From contig JBDRLB010000050.1 of assembly GCA_043813365.1 (NCBI GenBank), positions 1 to 18,796 on the forward strand: DNA of 18,796 bases, given 5' to 3'. Origin of the DNA: Candidatus Micrarchaeota archaeon (GTDB lineage Archaea > Micrarchaeota > Micrarchaeia > Norongarragalinales > SBBD01). This document shows positions 9,401 to 16,475 of this stretch, one piece after another (the stretch's first letter is position 1; each line of letters opens with the position of its first letter). The notes below the pieces were generated by a model. It was not told the origin of the DNA and did no database searches. It saw nothing but the letters and a program-made list of their open reading frames with translations. The position numbers were made by a program, and so were the translations under genes.

Positions 9401-10702
9401 GATACTACCGAGCTAACCCAGATTGCTTCGACGCCGACTTTCGACGTGATGGACATAGCATATGAGAGGGTTTCGGGCGATGCGCTTTTGGTTTGGGCGA
9501 ATACCACTGCAGCGTCCATGAGTTACAAGACATGGAACGGATCGGGATTTTCAGAACAATATGGGATGGGAATTGGGCTTGCTGGAACCACAAACAGGAT
9601 CTTGGACCTTTTATCACGTGAAGGCACGGACCAGATCATGCTTCTGCTTTCCAACGGCGCGACAACTCCCGACCTTTATGCAATACTTTGGAACGGCACC
9701 TCGTTCGACAACACTACATTCCAGGTAATCACGCCGGAACTGGATACTTCTAGCGACTACCAGAGCTATTTCGGAGCGTGGGAGGAGGTTAGCGGGGATT
9801 TCAACGTATTTTACGCCGAGGATACGCAATTGCCAATATTGCTCCGAGAATTCCAGGGAGGAAGCTGGGCTGCATCCAATAAAATTGGCGCCAATATGGA
9901 CGATGGGGACATACGGTTTACGAGGGTTGCGGTATTTCCAGGGACGGACACGCAAATGGTATGCTGGAAGGAATGGACTGCGACGGATCTTAATTGCCAG
10001 TACTGGAATGGCACGGATTTCAGGGGGTTGTTCTCTGAAAATACAACGGAAATAGGCGGAGTCGGAAGGAATTTTGACATAGTTCCTCTGCTAAGCACGG
10101 ATGGAGGTTTTGTTGGGATGTATGGAGATTTGAATGACGACTGGTTTGACCTTATTGCATGCACAAGCGCAGCAGATTGCGATGCGGGAACGTGGTCAAC
10201 TTATGCGCTTTGGAGCACAACACAACTCGGCGGAACGGACACAAGATGGGGGAAGATTTTCGAGGATCCAACCAACTTCGGCAACCTTACCCTGCTTGGC
10301 AATTCCCAGACCGCTGCGGGCGGATGGAACCGTGCAAGGGTTTATTGCGACGTTTCGGGATGCTTTGTGACTGAAGATTGGGTGGGCTTTGGGGCTGCAA
10401 CCTCCGCGGCCTTCGATACGAGTTCTTTTGCATTTGACAAGTATCCGCTGAGTAAGGATTTTTCGGGTCTCCTTTGCGATACAGATGGCACGTACTACAT
10501 GGTAAGCTCAGATGGCAACTTCAGGATGGGAGTCGTATATTCGGACGAGAATTCAAACAGCGCTTATGACGCCGGAGATAACATTATATTCTGCACCGAT
10601 TTTAACCCTAACAAGCTGAATTACCTTGGGGAGTACAGCGATTACGAGATTGCTTTCCCTAAAAGCTTCGCAGATAACGTCGACATGTACTTGGATGGAT
10701 GA
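6425..10702 (+). CDS. Large secreted surface glycoprotein/adhesin with two homologous beta-propeller-like modules and Ig-like/beta-sandwich domains
   Basis: 1425-aa ORF; signal peptide ending LAEA; many N-x-S/T sequons; recurring W(N)GxxW/F blade motifs; internal duplication; no C-terminal TM. Confidence 0.9.
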   Translation: MDFKGITVVLVVFACLAQLAEAAVVVRQYNSSDYVLKAGSVSAGSLENTFVSDTSTFDIWDVHVASSYGMVAFQLSASATTAQYQEWMKTGWTGTAAASTPAVTPGTIQFSRVRSSPTRNEYMLVTLDSNSDIDAQIWNGLGWGATTEMTATAAIATRDVFDIAYERNSERALVVWGNTTAQRIEYNIWNGIGWAGKKGLSIGTAGVTNRILDLYPQENSNNIMLLLSDGSATPDLYAIMWNGTDFDINTQVRLTTELDTTSDYQGYWGVWEEESGDFNAFYGEDAQLTIFRRSFEGGSWTGSQAGASGGDGDIRFVRASTFPGTDSQMVCWKEWTAGDVVCQYWNGTDFRGTASEDTTEIGQVGRNFDVGYLSSTSGGFIMMYGDLNDDWYDFMVCTSAANCDAGTWEARTLWSTTQLGGTDTRWGKLFEDPYNPGNLTLLGVSQTAAGGWLRARIYCDASACEVAEGWTGFGATSSAVYDVASFTFDKHDFYRSQIWHNSTATEGNARDFLNVTARISSTVTANYSLNIYDWVGNSWSICREEEITAASYATLMCNITSGIANYRSSDSDKFIRIAVNGTKNHTIRGYLNEDFLQFYMDTSDDPPYFDTRSATYGITNSTPQPNQNVSLYSLWYDALGLNRFWLSHNASGSFENLTDDLFGASNNSWANYSFIIPNSSEGGQFVARVFASDSANQENSTFDFVISVQNVDPGIDDASLNESMLVIFNSVCANATASDLGAGISSIWAQFTYPNTTYANITLGDTGCNAGDWDDGWYGALINVSDFAGNLTLTRIFAVDGKGNANSKVLSPQPYTEVIYPPNPIGGSNYYVGFYGNAENRISGSEDNVNIYRTEFLNGSIYVAQQGASISWSKLKAANNISDMQAMDADLGLTLPIDKLETYFKQNESLAPPVRNGMASFQISAAPTVASIQEWQGSGWSATTYANQPPVTPGTVQLTRIRSAPTRNEKILMTLDSNSDIDAQVWNGTQWSDTTELTQIASTPTFDVMDIAYERVSGDALLVWANTTAASMSYKTWNGSGFSEQYGMGIGLAGTTNRILDLLSREGTDQIMLLLSNGATTPDLYAILWNGTSFDNTTFQVITPELDTSSDYQSYFGAWEEVSGDFNVFYAEDTQLPILLREFQGGSWAASNKIGANMDDGDIRFTRVAVFPGTDTQMVCWKEWTATDLNCQYWNGTDFRGLFSENTTEIGGVGRNFDIVPLLSTDGGFVGMYGDLNDDWFDLIACTSAADCDAGTWSTYALWSTTQLGGTDTRWGKIFEDPTNFGNLTLLGNSQTAAGGWNRARVYCDVSGCFVTEDWVGFGAATSAAFDTSSFAFDKYPLSKDFSGLLCDTDGTYYMVSSDGNFRMGVVYSDENSNSAYDAGDNIIFCTDFNPNKLNYLGEYSDYEIAFPKSFADNVDMYLDG
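6629..7897 (+). repeat. Internal repeat copy 1 (423 aa, GMVAFQ...FTFDKH)
   Basis: Colinear with 9173-10444, e.g. VTPGT, TLDSNSDIDAQ, TNRILDL, QMVCWKEWTA, LWSTTQLGGTDTRWGK. Confidence 0.95.
9173..10444 (+). repeat. Internal repeat copy 2 (424 aa, GMASFQ...FAFDKY)
   Basis: Colinear with 6629-7897 apart from a single one-residue indel; roughly 60-70% amino-acid identity by eye. Confidence 0.95.
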
Positions 10703-12270
10703 AAATGAAACGCCTAAGCATTATTGCACTGTTTTTGCTCTTGATGGCAGTTGTGCCGTTAATGCAAGCTGCTGACGAGGTGGACCTGACCGGCCTGGGA
10801 AGCAATTACCTCGAGCCCACCATCGTAGTGATTAATTCGAACAAGTGGCAGGATGCTTTCCTGGTTACGATGTATGCAAACCTCAATAAGATGCCAATAA
10901 GGTTCATCCAGGATCCGTACCAGACAAAGGACTTCCTCGGTGAGCTCGCTTCGAACAGGGTTACCAAAATTTTCCTCTTCAGCAGGAAGGACAGCACCGT
11001 TCTTTCCATCAATTATTTGCTTAAAACCCAGAACCTCGATGTTAGGGAAACGCAATATGTGGACCACCAGGAGCTTTCGGTGAAAATGCTAGAGCTCGTC
11101 CCTTCAGATACAATTATACTTGTGAGGGATGATTTTGCATTTGATGCGCTTACTGCAAAATTCCTCGCCTTGCAGCTTAATGCGCCCATAATTTTCACGA
11201 AGGGCCCGGAGGACATGGACCCGAAAGTGCTGGATGCGTTGCGGGCGCTGCGGCCGAAGGAAATAATACTTGTAGGGAGGCCTTCTGAGAAATTGGAGGC
11301 GCTGCTTGCGAATTTCAATGTCAGGAAATTCCAGGGAAGGGATGAATTCGACACGAACAACATCGTTAGCGTGTACGCCCTGGATGGGATGGAATTGCAG
11401 CAGGCGATGGTTTCAACAGGCGACATATTTGACCTCGCATTGATGAACGTGAGGAACCAACCGATTTTTTTGGTGCCGGAGAGCGGCACTTATTCATTGC
11501 AAAAAACCGCCAAATCAATTGCGGACACGAAAATGACTGCAATTTTGGGAATTGGCCAGCTCGTTACGGAAAGCGGCTCGTGGCTGAGGGATACTGCGAA
11601 GGTGAAATTCATTGTTAAATATGGAAGCATCCGGCCCAGGGCGGAGGACGAGGGGTTTGTTAGGAAGGACCTCGCCATCAACCTTGAGGGATACCAGCTG
11701 CCAATACCGAAGTATGATGGGAAAATCACCGAGATCGACCCGCATTATGCGGACCCGTTCGGGTCCGCTACGGGTGCAATGATAAGCCGTGATCGGCCGG
11801 CGCCGCCGGTTGAGTTCAGGGTGAATTTCGATGCTACGGGAAACATCGACTTCCCCGCATATGTAATTCTCGAGGTAAGGGATGAAACCGACACTGTTGT
11901 AAAGACTCTGCAGAGCGAAAGGCAGATGGTCTACCCGAAGAGGAATAATTTGTTCACTCTGAATTGGCCGGATGCGCCGAAGGAGGGTAAATATACCGTG
12001 AATGCGAAGGTGTTTGCGGACGTTTACGATGTGATTGAGCTTCCGGGAAAGAAGGGCGAATTTGAGCTCGCATGGCTTTACGTTGCGATCGCATTGCTGC
12101 TCCTGATAGTTGCGGTGCTGATGCTTGCCTTGCTTGTGTTCTCCTCGCATGTGCTGAGCAGGGACATCTTCCTTTTTGGCGGTGCGTACAAAAAAGCAGC
12201 AGAGCAGGTGGATTCCATAATTAGGTCCATTAACGACCTATATCACTTCAGGGGAAGGAAGCGCAAGTAG
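10699..12270 (+). CDS. Secreted protein with cell-wall-binding-2 (CWB2)-like repeats, a C-terminal Ig-like domain and a TM anchor
   Basis: Signal peptide; FDALTAKFLALQLNAPIIFT...LRPKEIILVG...VRKFQGRDEFDT matches the CWB2 pattern; TM LYVAIALLLLIVAVLMLALLVF; ATGA overlap with the upstream stop. Confidence 0.8.
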   Translation: MKMKRLSIIALFLLLMAVVPLMQAADEVDLTGLGSNYLEPTIVVINSNKWQDAFLVTMYANLNKMPIRFIQDPYQTKDFLGELASNRVTKIFLFSRKDSTVLSINYLLKTQNLDVRETQYVDHQELSVKMLELVPSDTIILVRDDFAFDALTAKFLALQLNAPIIFTKGPEDMDPKVLDALRALRPKEIILVGRPSEKLEALLANFNVRKFQGRDEFDTNNIVSVYALDGMELQQAMVSTGDIFDLALMNVRNQPIFLVPESGTYSLQKTAKSIADTKMTAILGIGQLVTESGSWLRDTAKVKFIVKYGSIRPRAEDEGFVRKDLAINLEGYQLPIPKYDGKITEIDPHYADPFGSATGAMISRDRPAPPVEFRVNFDATGNIDFPAYVILEVRDETDTVVKTLQSERQMVYPKRNNLFTLNWPDAPKEGKYTVNAKVFADVYDVIELPGKKGEFELAWLYVAIALLLLIVAVLMLALLVFSSHVLSRDIFLFGGAYKKAAEQVDSIIRSINDLYHFRGRKRK

Positions 12271-12290
12271 TTGCCTTGCCCCTTTCTCCG

Positions 12291-12363
12291 CAAAGACCTT
12301 TGGTCTTTGGGGCCGTGCAGACGTTGTCTGCTCGGTTGGAAAGAAAGCGGCGTGGGCGCCGCT
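12291..12363. repeat. Three adjacent perfect hairpins between convergent genes
   Basis: caaagacc-ttt-ggtctttg (12291-12309), gcagac-gtt-gtctgc (12317-12331), agcggcg-tggg-cgccgct (12346-12363). Confidence 0.8.
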
Positions 12364-12389
12364 GTAAAGAAAGATATTTGATGCGCAAT

Positions 12390-12701
12390 CTATCTCCTTT
12401 GCTGGACGGTTTCCTTCTGCCTCGTCAGCACCAGCGTGACAAGCTCGTGCATCTTCTTCTCCAAATAGTCGTAATCGACTTTCGCATCAAGGGTTGCGTT
12501 TATTTCATCCAGCTTTGGCTTCAGCTTTATGTATTCGTGCTCCAGCGTATCCATTTTGTCCGCAATGCGGTTGACGCTGTCCTTCATGGTGCGGTTCAGC
12601 TCCCTGAAAAGCATGAATACCCTCGCCACTACTGCCAAAAATACGATTATCAGAACCCAAGAGACCATTGAAAGCGATCCGAAATCCTCAGCCAAAGCCA
12701 T
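12390..12701 (-). CDS. Small single-TM coiled-coil protein
   Basis: 103 aa; TM VSWVLIIVFLAVVARVFMLF then heptad-rich helix; aggtggg RBS upstream. Confidence 0.8.
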   Translation of the reverse strand: MALAEDFGSLSMVSWVLIIVFLAVVARVFMLFRELNRTMKDSVNRIADKMDTLEHEYIKLKPKLDEINATLDAKVDYDYLEKKMHELVTLVLTRQKETVQQRR

Positions 12702-12709
12702 ATTCCCAC

Positions 12710-12988
12710 CTATGCCTGTGCAGCGCCCTTCTCATTGATGAATTCGAGCGTTTCCTTCATTATCAGTTCCAAATTACGCTTGTCCACTTTTTCAACTGCT
12801 GCTTTATGCATTTCGTGCTCCACTTTTTCCACATCCACAAGCAACGCATTGAGCTTGTTCAGCCTCTCCTTCACTCCCTTCAGGTCGCCCAGGAGGCGCT
12901 TTTGCTCCTTGTGGGCAGCATATACAAAGTATGCCATTATCCCGCAGGAGAGGATGATCGCATAAAGAAGTATCTCATTGATGCCCAT
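12710..12988 (-). CDS. Small single-TM coiled-coil protein, probable paralog of the downstream gene
   Basis: 92 aa from ATG 12988 (MGINEILLYAIILSCGIMAYFVYAA...); TM then heptads; tatatata box ~30 bp upstream. Confidence 0.8.
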   Translation of the reverse strand: MGINEILLYAIILSCGIMAYFVYAAHKEQKRLLGDLKGVKERLNKLNALLVDVEKVEHEMHKAAVEKVDKRNLELIMKETLEFINEKGAAQA

Positions 12989-13141
12989 AGCATTCCCACG
13001 GAATAAAAACAGGAAGGTGATATATATAACTATCATTAATCATGAAGGAAACGGGAATAATGCTGGAAAATAAGCAGGCATTTGCGGAAAACAAGGGAGG
13101 ACGGATCATTTGAACATTCTCGGGAATTTGGGGGGTTGCAT

Positions 13142-13378
13142 ATGGCATTGACGGACTTCGTTAAGGAACTGGTGGTGGGAAGCTACTCTTATGTCAACAA
13201 GAAGAGCCAGAGGTACTTTTTGCACTCAAAAAAGGGGAGGGGCGGCACGGTATTGTTCTATTTCAGCAAGGACCCCAAGGAGGCGATCACTCTTCCTGCA
13301 GATAGGGAGGTGGTGGAGTCGCCAAGGACCGCTTTGCCCATAATCCGGAAGAAGAAGGTGCCGGGGATGCAGCAGTAG
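13142..13378 (+). CDS. Small basic conserved hypothetical protein
   Basis: YSYVNKKSQRYFLHSK...FYFSK...LP...EVVESPRTALPIIRKK resembles a small uncharacterised family I recall from CPR/DPANN genomes; ggggg RBS before ATG 13142; T-run after the stop. Confidence 0.75.
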   Translation: MALTDFVKELVVGSYSYVNKKSQRYFLHSKKGRGGTVLFYFSKDPKEAITLPADREVVESPRTALPIIRKKKVPGMQQ

Positions 13379-13381
13379 GCC

Positions 13382-13388
13382 TTTTTTT
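13382..13388 (+). terminator. Oligo-T archaeal terminator candidate
   Basis: ttttttt a few bases after the TAG at 13378. Confidence 0.4.
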
Positions 13389-13468
13389 CGTTATGCTCTC
13401 CCCAAATACGCCCCCATTCGCCTCAATAGTTACGGTTAAATTCCCCTTCAGTTTAACTAAAATCATAT

Positions 13469-13684
13469 ATGGCCATAACTGATGTGTTCAACGCTTTGCC
13501 AAGGACGTGCAGCATCATAGCATTCTTCATCTCGATCATGCTGATGTTCTGGGGGTTGAGGTATTTCACTTTCACGGATATTGACAATATAGGGAGGTTG
13601 CTCGCATACACCATCCCGGGAATATGGATGATGGGTTTCTCAATTTACCTTTGGATAATAGGGGAGGAGGATAGGCGTGGATGA
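13469..13684 (+). CDS. Small two-TM membrane protein
   Basis: 71 aa with two hydrophobic segments; its 3' end overlaps the next gene. Confidence 0.7.
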   Translation: MAITDVFNALPRTCSIIAFFISIMLMFWGLRYFTFTDIDNIGRLLAYTIPGIWMMGFSIYLWIIGEEDRRG

Positions 13685-13841
13685 TAGGGCGCAGACCGCA
13701 ATCGAGTACCTGCTGATGGTTTCGGCAGTGATATTCTTCGTAATCATAGTGTTCATGCTCGTGAATTCAAATGTATTCTCCGAAGCAAGGCAGCGGATCT
13801 TCAACACTTCGGATGACATTTTCAATAAGCTTAGGGGCTAA
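13677..13841 (+). CDS. Class III signal peptide (type IV pilin-like) small protein, 54 aa, absent from the ORF track
   Basis: GTG start after a ggaggagg RBS; MDDRAQTAIEYLLMVSAVIFFVIIVFMLVNSNVFSEARQRIFNTSDDIFNKLRG; RA/Q-x-x-x-E-Y cleavage motif followed by a hydrophobic helix. Confidence 0.85.
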   Translation: MDDRAQTAIEYLLMVSAVIFFVIIVFMLVNSNVFSEARQRIFNTSDDIFNKLRG

Positions 13842-13933
13842 ATCGCAGAGCAATTCCGGTGCGTTTGCCCGGCACTTAAACCATCGGCCGGATTAACACC
13901 TTGTTTTTTAAAAGCCGGCACCCTCAATGCATT

Positions 13934-14602
13934 ATGGAGTTCTATGAGCAGCTTCTGCCCGTAATGCAGCCTTTGGCGGATTTTCTTAGCAGCGGGTATG
14001 GCTGGTTGCAATCGTTTGCGGGGAGCAATGTTGCAAACCTGATGCTTATTGCAATCGGGATCGCAACTTATGCAATCATAGTGGGCATATTCTATAAGAA
14101 ATTATCGAAAAGGGAGCTGTTCACACGCGACATGAACAAGCATGCCGAGGGGTTCGGTGGTGCTTTCCAGCGGCTGTTCTCATGGATATGGTTTTTGGTG
14201 AAATATGCGGCCGTTTTCCCGGTAATTTCGTTCTTATGGTTCCTTTTCCTGTCGCTTTTCCTGTTCCTGCTCTCTAGGACGCAGGCTGTTGCAAGCATAC
14301 TGCTGGTATCCATTGCAATAGTGATAGCAATACGCATTACCGCGTATATCGACGAGGATATTGCTGTTGATTTGGCAAAGATGCTCCCGCTGGCAATGCT
14401 CGGGGTTTTCCTTACTGACCCTACTGTTTATTCGGAGGAACTGCTGAAGCAAAGGCTGCTTGAGCTCGGGCAGCTGATACCCTCCTCGCTCGAATACTTC
14501 TATGTGATGATACTGATCGAACTGCCCCTAAGGGTGATATTCGGCAGTAAGCGCAAAGCATCTGAGGAGGAGGAAGAGCAGGAAACGGGGAAGGGGAAAT
14601 AG
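13934..14602 (+). CDS. Conserved archaeal multi-pass membrane protein, function unknown
   Basis: About 5 hydrophobic segments; FYKKLSKRELF, KYAAVFP and IRITAYIDEDIAVDLAKMLPL motifs; tttttaaaa TATA ~25 bp before ATG 13934 (leaderless start). Confidence 0.8.
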   Translation: MEFYEQLLPVMQPLADFLSSGYGWLQSFAGSNVANLMLIAIGIATYAIIVGIFYKKLSKRELFTRDMNKHAEGFGGAFQRLFSWIWFLVKYAAVFPVISFLWFLFLSLFLFLLSRTQAVASILLVSIAIVIAIRITAYIDEDIAVDLAKMLPLAMLGVFLTDPTVYSEELLKQRLLELGQLIPSSLEYFYVMILIELPLRVIFGSKRKASEEEEEQETGKGK

Positions 14603-14613
14603 CCTCAGCCATA

Positions 14614-15714
14614 TCAATCGAAATCATCCAGCCATCCGCCAGCCACATTCAGCTTCCTCCTGAAAAACCTGCCGCTGTCCCTCTCGTTCTTCGCCTGGTG
14701 GTACTTGAAATAAACATCCTTGCCCATCGTGCCCAGGATTTCTATTTTCCCGGATTTATGGGACATCACGTAACGGAAGCGCTTGCTATGGCCGTTGAGC
14801 TGTTTTTTCGCCTCCTCCACGATTCTGACTCCCTCGTAAATCGGGACTTGGAAGTGGTGCTTCACGCGCTTTACTGGCCGGCATTGGAAAAGGTAGTAGG
14901 GGTTGACGCCGATGGCAACGAGCTTATTCATCAGCTCAGCCAGAACAGCCGGGTCGTCGTTGACGCCCCGCATGAGCACGGCCTGGTTGTTCACTACGAC
15001 ATTCGAACGGAATAGCGAATCCACCGCCTCTATTGACTCATCGGTTATTTCCCTAGGATGGTTGAAATGCGTCACGACATATATTCTCCTTTTTTTCCAG
15101 GAATATTTCTTCAGGAGCCGGAGAAGCTGCTTGTCGCCATATATCCTCTGCGGAAATGCGACTGGCACGCGCGATCCGAACCGGATGAAATCCAAATGGT
15201 CGATTACGGATAGTTTCTCAAGGAAATGCCGGATTATCCTCGTCGGAAGGATCAGCGGGTCTCCGCCGCTTACGAGCACATTGTTGATTTCGCCGTGCTC
15301 CTGGATGTAATCGATCGCTTCGCCAAACCTCCGAAGGATTTCCTGGCTCGGAAGGCCTATAAGCCTCTTCCGGAAGCAGAAGCGGCAATATTGTGCGCAC
15401 CTATTCGTTGCCAAAATCAGCGCGGTCTGCCGGTATTTATGCTGAAGCCCTGGCGATATTGTGTTTTCCTTCTCTCCACTGGTATCGTACGTACCCGCCA
15501 TGTCGAGCTCATCTGGGGAAGGGACTATCATCTTCCTCAGGGGGTCGTTCGGGTCATCCTTGTTAATCAGGGAAAGGTAATAGCGGGTTATCCTCATCGG
15601 GTGCACATGCACCACTTCCTGCAGCTGCCTTTCTTCCTTCTTCTTCAACCTGACGTATTGCTTCAGCTCCTGGACAGTGCAGACGCATTCCTTCAGTTCA
15701 TCTTTCCATCTCAT
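14614..15714 (-). CDS. KamA-family radical SAM enzyme (lysine 2,3-aminomutase-like)
   Basis: GLQHKYRQTAL, CAQYCRFCFRKR (CxxxCxxC), VSGGDPL, THFNHPREIT, NQAVLMRGVNDD, PYYLFQC motifs; start at ATG 15714 (MRWKDEL). Confidence 0.93.
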   Translation of the reverse strand: MRWKDELKECVCTVQELKQYVRLKKKEERQLQEVVHVHPMRITRYYLSLINKDDPNDPLRKMIVPSPDELDMAGTYDTSGEKENTISPGLQHKYRQTALILATNRCAQYCRFCFRKRLIGLPSQEILRRFGEAIDYIQEHGEINNVLVSGGDPLILPTRIIRHFLEKLSVIDHLDFIRFGSRVPVAFPQRIYGDKQLLRLLKKYSWKKRRIYVVTHFNHPREITDESIEAVDSLFRSNVVVNNQAVLMRGVNDDPAVLAELMNKLVAIGVNPYYLFQCRPVKRVKHHFQVPIYEGVRIVEEAKKQLNGHSKRFRYVMSHKSGKIEILGTMGKDVYFKYHQAKNERDSGRFFRRKLNVAGGWLDDFD

Positions 15715-15813
15715 GATGAATGGATTTGTGCAAGGAAGAATAAAATAGTATCGCCGATTATTTTTTTCAATGAAAGCCTGGGCCTTGCAAGCCAATGGCA
15801 AGAAGCCAGCCCA

Positions 15814-16368
15814 TTAAACTACGCCGGGGCATGGTTCAAACTCGCAATCCGGCGCAACCCTTCCAACAGCGCTCCCATCGGGGCAGATTTTCGCATCCAT
15901 CGTGCATGCAACTGGTTCGCATCGCGGTGGCCCGAGGCAGCCGCATTCATCAACTGTGGGAGGGAGAATTTTGCCGTGTTTGCAAAAGTCAGGCGAGGCG
16001 GGCGCATATTGCGGGCACTCAGAAGGGCATGCAACGGATGGATTCGCACCTGGCACACATTCCCCCCTGAAATAAGACCATTCTTCGCATTTCGTTCCGT
16101 CTTCGAATGTGCAGATGCCAATTTGCCCTTCTGGAGTGTCAACAATTTCAAGTTTGCCGCGATTGTCGATGCAATGGACGGAAGCGGGGTTTGCCATGTT
16201 GGCATTCGTTGAAGGGACAGGTGCAATTGATGGGATATTTGAAGGTGCAGCTGTAGGGGCAATGGAGGGCGTGATTCTTGGCGGCAGCTTTTCATTCGCT
16301 CTCGGGCTGTAGACGCAGCCTGCAAAGAGCAGCATGCCAAACAATATTATGGGAAGAAGGAGTTTCAT
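15814..16368 (-). CDS. Cys-rich lipoprotein with a DUF333 domain and a CTMDAKICPDG module
   Basis: Lipobox LFAGC; P/S/T/A linker; MANPASVHC...GIC...CEEWSYFRGEC (DUF333); C-terminal ACTMDAKICPDGSAVGR...CEFEPCP. Confidence 0.88.
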   Translation of the reverse strand: MKLLLPIILFGMLLFAGCVYSPRANEKLPPRITPSIAPTAAPSNIPSIAPVPSTNANMANPASVHCIDNRGKLEIVDTPEGQIGICTFEDGTKCEEWSYFRGECVPGANPSVACPSECPQYAPASPDFCKHGKILPPTVDECGCLGPPRCEPVACTMDAKICPDGSAVGRVAPDCEFEPCPGVV

Positions 16369-16475
16369 GGTAAAATGAATAGGAAAAGGGATATATAAAT
16401 CCTGGAATATTATTCGGTAGCAGGTTAAGTATGCGAAGGGACGCTCATTTAACCCCCTCTTAATTTGGTGATTTT

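Noticed and set aside
6629..10444. Diversity-generating retroelement template/variable repeat pair
   Set aside because: Both copies are long, in-frame and coding; differences involve all four bases rather than only adenines; no reverse transcriptase is in the window.
12276..12671. 131-aa plus-strand ORF
   Set aside because: Antisense to the TM/coiled-coil gene and runs through the hairpin cluster; no protein-like features.
15226..16340. Long alternative ORFs (328 aa on +, 173 aa on -)
   Set aside because: They are shadows of the KamA and DUF333 genes, which carry clear family motifs.
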